Source: Plasmodiophora brassicae (Eukaryota). From it: a DNA stretch of 64,000 nt. The DNA is taken from NCBI GenBank assembly GCA_036867785.1, contig CP145423.1, positions 620,001 to 684,000 of the forward strand, read 5' to 3'. The notes beneath the pieces are model-generated. The model was not told the DNA's origin. It did not search any database and saw only the letters and a list, made by a program, of their open reading frames with translations. Shown piece after piece: positions 60,201 to 64,000 of the stretch (position 1 is the stretch's first letter; each line of letters begins with the position of its first letter). A program made the position numbers and the translations under genes.

Positions 60201-63200
60201 CGTCGCGGAATATGCTTCCGTCATACCAATCGCCATAGACATCTCTTGGCTTTTCGGCAATTTCTTCCATATGTGAGATTTCGGCACGTATCGCCTTCGC
60301 CAGTATCGTCACGCTCAACATCTGTTGAATCTACATTATAGTTAGCCAACAATAGCCGTCAGCATAGCACGTTATGCTACCTGTAACAGTCGCGGTAGAT
60401 AATAAAACCGTTCGGTCTTGCCCCGGCAGCAAGACAACCTTTCTCCAGCGCCTTTCTTATCAGCAGGAAACATATGTCCATTTGAACAGACAGCGAACTG
60501 TAGCGCAGGGCATGCAAGGCCCATACGTGTCAACGTCCGAAGCAGCTTTCGGACACAGTCCCGTACTTCCGCATCAGGGTTCAGCTCATCGACCTTCCTT
60601 AAATACTTATCGATCACAGGACGAATGACATTGTCTGGGTCAGGCAATGTTTCAAGCTGAAGTACATTTTCAGATAATCAGTCGTGCAACGGAGGACCAA
60701 CATGAACGGCCTTACGTCTTGGATAAATTCATTCAATTGTTCGCGCGTGGATTGCGCGACCCTGGTCAGCATATTTGCCAACAGACTATCAAACGAACGC
60801 GACGTGAGGGTGGATCTTGAAAATTCCTCCAGGATTGGTAGAGCTTCGGCAACGTCGTCGGGCAGTTCACCGGTAAGATCAAAATGACGAGTAATATGAC
60901 GCTGAAGAAATTGGACAAGGGCCTGTCGCAATTGATGCTTAGAAAAATCACAATAAAATTGAACACCAATACCCACCTCTTCATTCTCGTCAAGGTCATC
61001 CCCAGATAGGTGCCGAGGACGGGCAGGCATCGCATCACGCGAAGCGTTTGATAGAGGCAGTGTGCCCAGAAATGCAGGCAATTGACGGGTAGACTCCCCA
61101 GATGACGGCGGCGACACAGAAGGAGAAGAAGACCGTTGGCGCTGCGATACGAGATCCGGAGAGCCACGAGCATCGATTTCCAAGCATGTTATGTCATTGT
61201 CAAACACTGAACAGTGAAGATGGAAAATTATCGGACCGAAAACAGGTACTCAGAGGACGGGAGAAATACCTGGAGCAGACGGCGACATCGTCGGAACTTC
61301 AGCCAAGCGAGACGATACATCTGGCACATGTGGCATTGGACGTCCAGGTACACAATGTGGCTCTGCAGGCAGCGGGAAGCGGTCCAGTTCAGCAGGCTGC
61401 GGTACGCGATCTAGTTCAGGCAGGGGATCCAGTTCTGCAGATGGCGGCAGGCAGTCCAACTCGGCAGGACGCGGCAGGGCATCCAGTTCGGAACGCACCG
61501 GCTGGCAATCCAATTGGGCACCCATCGCCTGGGAATCCAGAGCGCCAGCCACCGACTGGCAGTCTAGTTCGGCAGACACCGGCTGGCAGCCCAGTTCGGC
61601 AACCAGCGGCTGGCTCCGCGAAGGTAAAGAAGAACTACTGGCCGCTGGATCGCGACGATTGCCTTCTGTCTCCGTCCGTGGCACATCGTTCCACCGACCT
61701 TCCTGGCTTCGCGAAGTCATCTCAGTCGGTTTGAGTATCGACGACGGCGACCGCGGCGGCAAAAACAGCGTCGATCGATCGATGGAGAGCATTGTACTTC
61801 TACGTCGACATGGGCAGCTGCCCAGTGGGTCTAACAAAGCGTCGCGGTTTCTTAAGTTTGAGCCAGTGATTGTTTGTGTAAGAAGATGACAATGCTTCGT
61901 GTGTCAAGTGCATCTGATGAGCTCTGCCAACGAACACGAAACCTGGATGCCCATAATGGAACCCGATCCGTGTCGTTCTGCATCCCGAGCCGAAAATGGG
62001 GGCCTAAATGTCCGCTGAAGTGACCTCCCCACCAGTCATGAGAGCACCCATCATCGGTCATTTGGACATTGGTCGACGCTGTAGAGTATGCCTGGCACCC
62101 GGTCGCGCGGGCGTCACATCGTTATGTCAGACGACGAACCCCCTTCCTCCTCAAGCGAGCGAACGGTCTCACCAGAGTCGACGACCAGCAGGGGCGCTGT
62201 CGAGTCGACGACCAGGAAGGTCTCTGCGGTGTTGGCGGCGAAGAAGGGCAGCGCCGCATCGACTTCGAAGAAGCGCGTCGTATCGAAGAAGACCGGTGCC
62301 GTGGTGTTGAAGACAAAGAAGGGCGCCGCCGCATCGGCAGCATCGAAGCGCGCTGCATCGAGCAAGGAGGGTGTCGCTTCGGTCCCGGAGAAACCGAACG
62401 GCCAAACTGACCCGATCGTCGAAAGTGGCTCCGATGACGAGCAAAGTGAGCAAGAAACCGATGATTTACGGTGGTGACGCTTGAGGTCGTATTTTCCAGC
62501 ATTTGTTTTAACTTGGCGTGGCATAGGTCACCCTCGATAGGGCATCCTAATCATGTGGGAGTTCGCAAGGACAACACGTCTTATACGCAGTACCAGCGCG
62601 CGTGTCCTATGCCTGAACTCCCGTCTGCCCTACAGGCGTATCTACCCACGACCTGGCACCGGGCACATGAAAAACAACAAAGAAAAGATCTCGTGGAGAA
62701 GACGAAAGAGCTGTTTCATGGGTACGTCGCAGCGTCTTCACGCCAATGTCACTCTGAAGTCAGACCTGATTTGTATCTGATGCAGGCAATATAGCACGAA
62801 TCAGGCTCTCCAGGCTGGCTCTGACAAAGCGAGGAATGTCGCGATTTACCAAGGGGTTTTAAACTTCTTCCGCAGTCAGGGCATTGCCGACAGTGACGCC
62901 GTGCAATGGCCCTTCGACGAGACGAAGCGGAGTAAGTGCATGTACTGTCAGATCAACGACGTGTGCTTAATATGTGGTAATGTACCTGTAGTGATTAAGA
63001 ATTTTCTGGCCAACGCGAAGGCTGCCGCTGGCTTCAGCAGTAAGGAGCCAGGGGCAAAGCCTCGTTTTAAACGAGCGCCCAGCGGTATGATCACAGGAGA
63101 CGGGCCCGAATTCCGGTTCTTGGAGCGCTTGTGGTCCCGAATGGCAGACATTCCGGACTCCCATCCGGGATTGCAAAGCCAGGAAATGCTCGATCGGGCG

Positions 63201-63269
63201 ATTACAACGTTTCGAAATACGTTTCGGAATGCTTGATCGATATAAAGCCGGCCACATTCTACGAGTACG

Positions 63270-63787
63270 GATGCATGCAAACGGATGCAGGTAGCGCTGC
63301 AGGCGGATGCAGATAGGGCTGCAGGCGGATGCAGGTAGCGCTGCAGATGGATGCAGTTAGCGCTGCAGATGGATGCAGTTAGCGATGCAGACGGATGCAG
63401 GCTGTTGATGCAGACAGGATGCAGGTTGTTGATGCAGGCGGGATGCAGGTGGCGATGCAGGCGGGATGCAGGTGGCGATGCAGACGGCTGCAGGTGGTGA
63501 TGCAGACGGATGCAGGTGGTGATGCAGACGGATGCAGGTGGTGATGCAGACGGATGCAGGTGGCGATGCAGACGGCTGCAGGTGGAGATGCAGACGGCTG
63601 CAGGTGGCGATGCAGACGGCTGCAGGTGGCGATGCAGACGGCTGCAGGTGGCGATGCAGACGGCTGCAGGTGGCGATGCAGATGGATGCAGGTGGTGATG
63701 CAGGCGGATGCAGGTGGTGATGCAAAAATGACTGCAGGGGTGCTGCATCCGCCTGCATCACCACCTGCAGTCATTTTTGCATCCGAT
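63270..63787. repeat. Right subterminal 11/22-bp tandem array (GATGCAGGTGG / GATGCAGACGG)
   Basis: About 500 bp of tandem 11-mers ending in an inverted block next to the TIR. Confidence 0.9.
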
Positions 63788-64000
63788 TTGACGCCAGTGC
63801 TTCGACGTCGAATTGGCCTAGAACGTGATACAACGTGTTCCGCGGCTGTATGCTTACATACGGTTTTACAATCACGTCAAGTGTGACATGAACACGATCA
63901 TCTCCTTCGAGGATCTCATTGGCGGTTGTTCCACTATCCCCAGGTCCAGACGACGCCATCGCTGGTCGAACAGCTGGCAACCTGAGCGCGCTGATCGCAG

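Larger units (their letters stand above)
56931..63799 (-). mobile_element. Full-length CACTA-type (CACTG) element with TIRs, 3-bp TSD CTT, degenerate transposase (~57400-61200, minus) and divergent accessory ORFs (~61200-63240, plus)
   Basis: TIR CACTGGCGTCA(C/A)ATCGGATGC..AAATGACTGCAG at both ends; CTT at 56928-56930 and 63800-63802; VCSNGHMFP...CCRGKTERFYYLPRL and WKAHD...KTISVH pieces parallel the other CACTA transposase. Confidence 0.9.

Noticed and set aside
63270-63787. Possible CRISPR array or Cys-rich ORFs
   Set aside because: Head-to-tail 11-mers with no unique spacers; explained as CACTA subterminal repeats.

Overview
Eukaryotic, GC-rich genomic DNA with very short (~50-75 nt) spliceosomal introns. 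Gene content and style (chitin synthase family, GT60, many secreted proteins) suggest a protist such as a plasmodiophorid (Plasmodiophora brassicae-like); this is inference only. Bases ~1-26,000 are gene-dense: two inverted chitin-synthase pseudogene fragments, an intact chitin-synthase-like GT2, a PPR-DYW protein, Bub2/Cdc16, a CUB-EGF-tyrosinase, two LRR genes built from repeat-sized exons, small secreted proteins, a cyclic-nucleotide-binding K+ channel, a CAP/PR-1 protein, head-to-head RPL9/RPS21, an RWD protein and a GT60 GlcNAc transferase. Bases ~26,300-64,000 are a nest of transposons: several Ty3/Gypsy remnants, a Helitron fragment, a palindromic mini-element, a piggyBac-like element, two CACTA (CACTG) elements and a spliced Tc1/IS630 DD34E transposase. 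The most unusual items are (i) a piggyBac-like transposase with a YqaJ/lambda-exonuclease-like domain and a SAP-like domain inside its catalytic core, (ii) a TG...CA, 5-bp-TSD composite insertion ending in tandem 118-bp LTR-like repeats that each contain a tRNA-like gene (TRIM/Cassandra-like), (iii) a DYW domain lacking the canonical HxE glutamate, and (iv) a secreted LRR gene with one repeat per exon.
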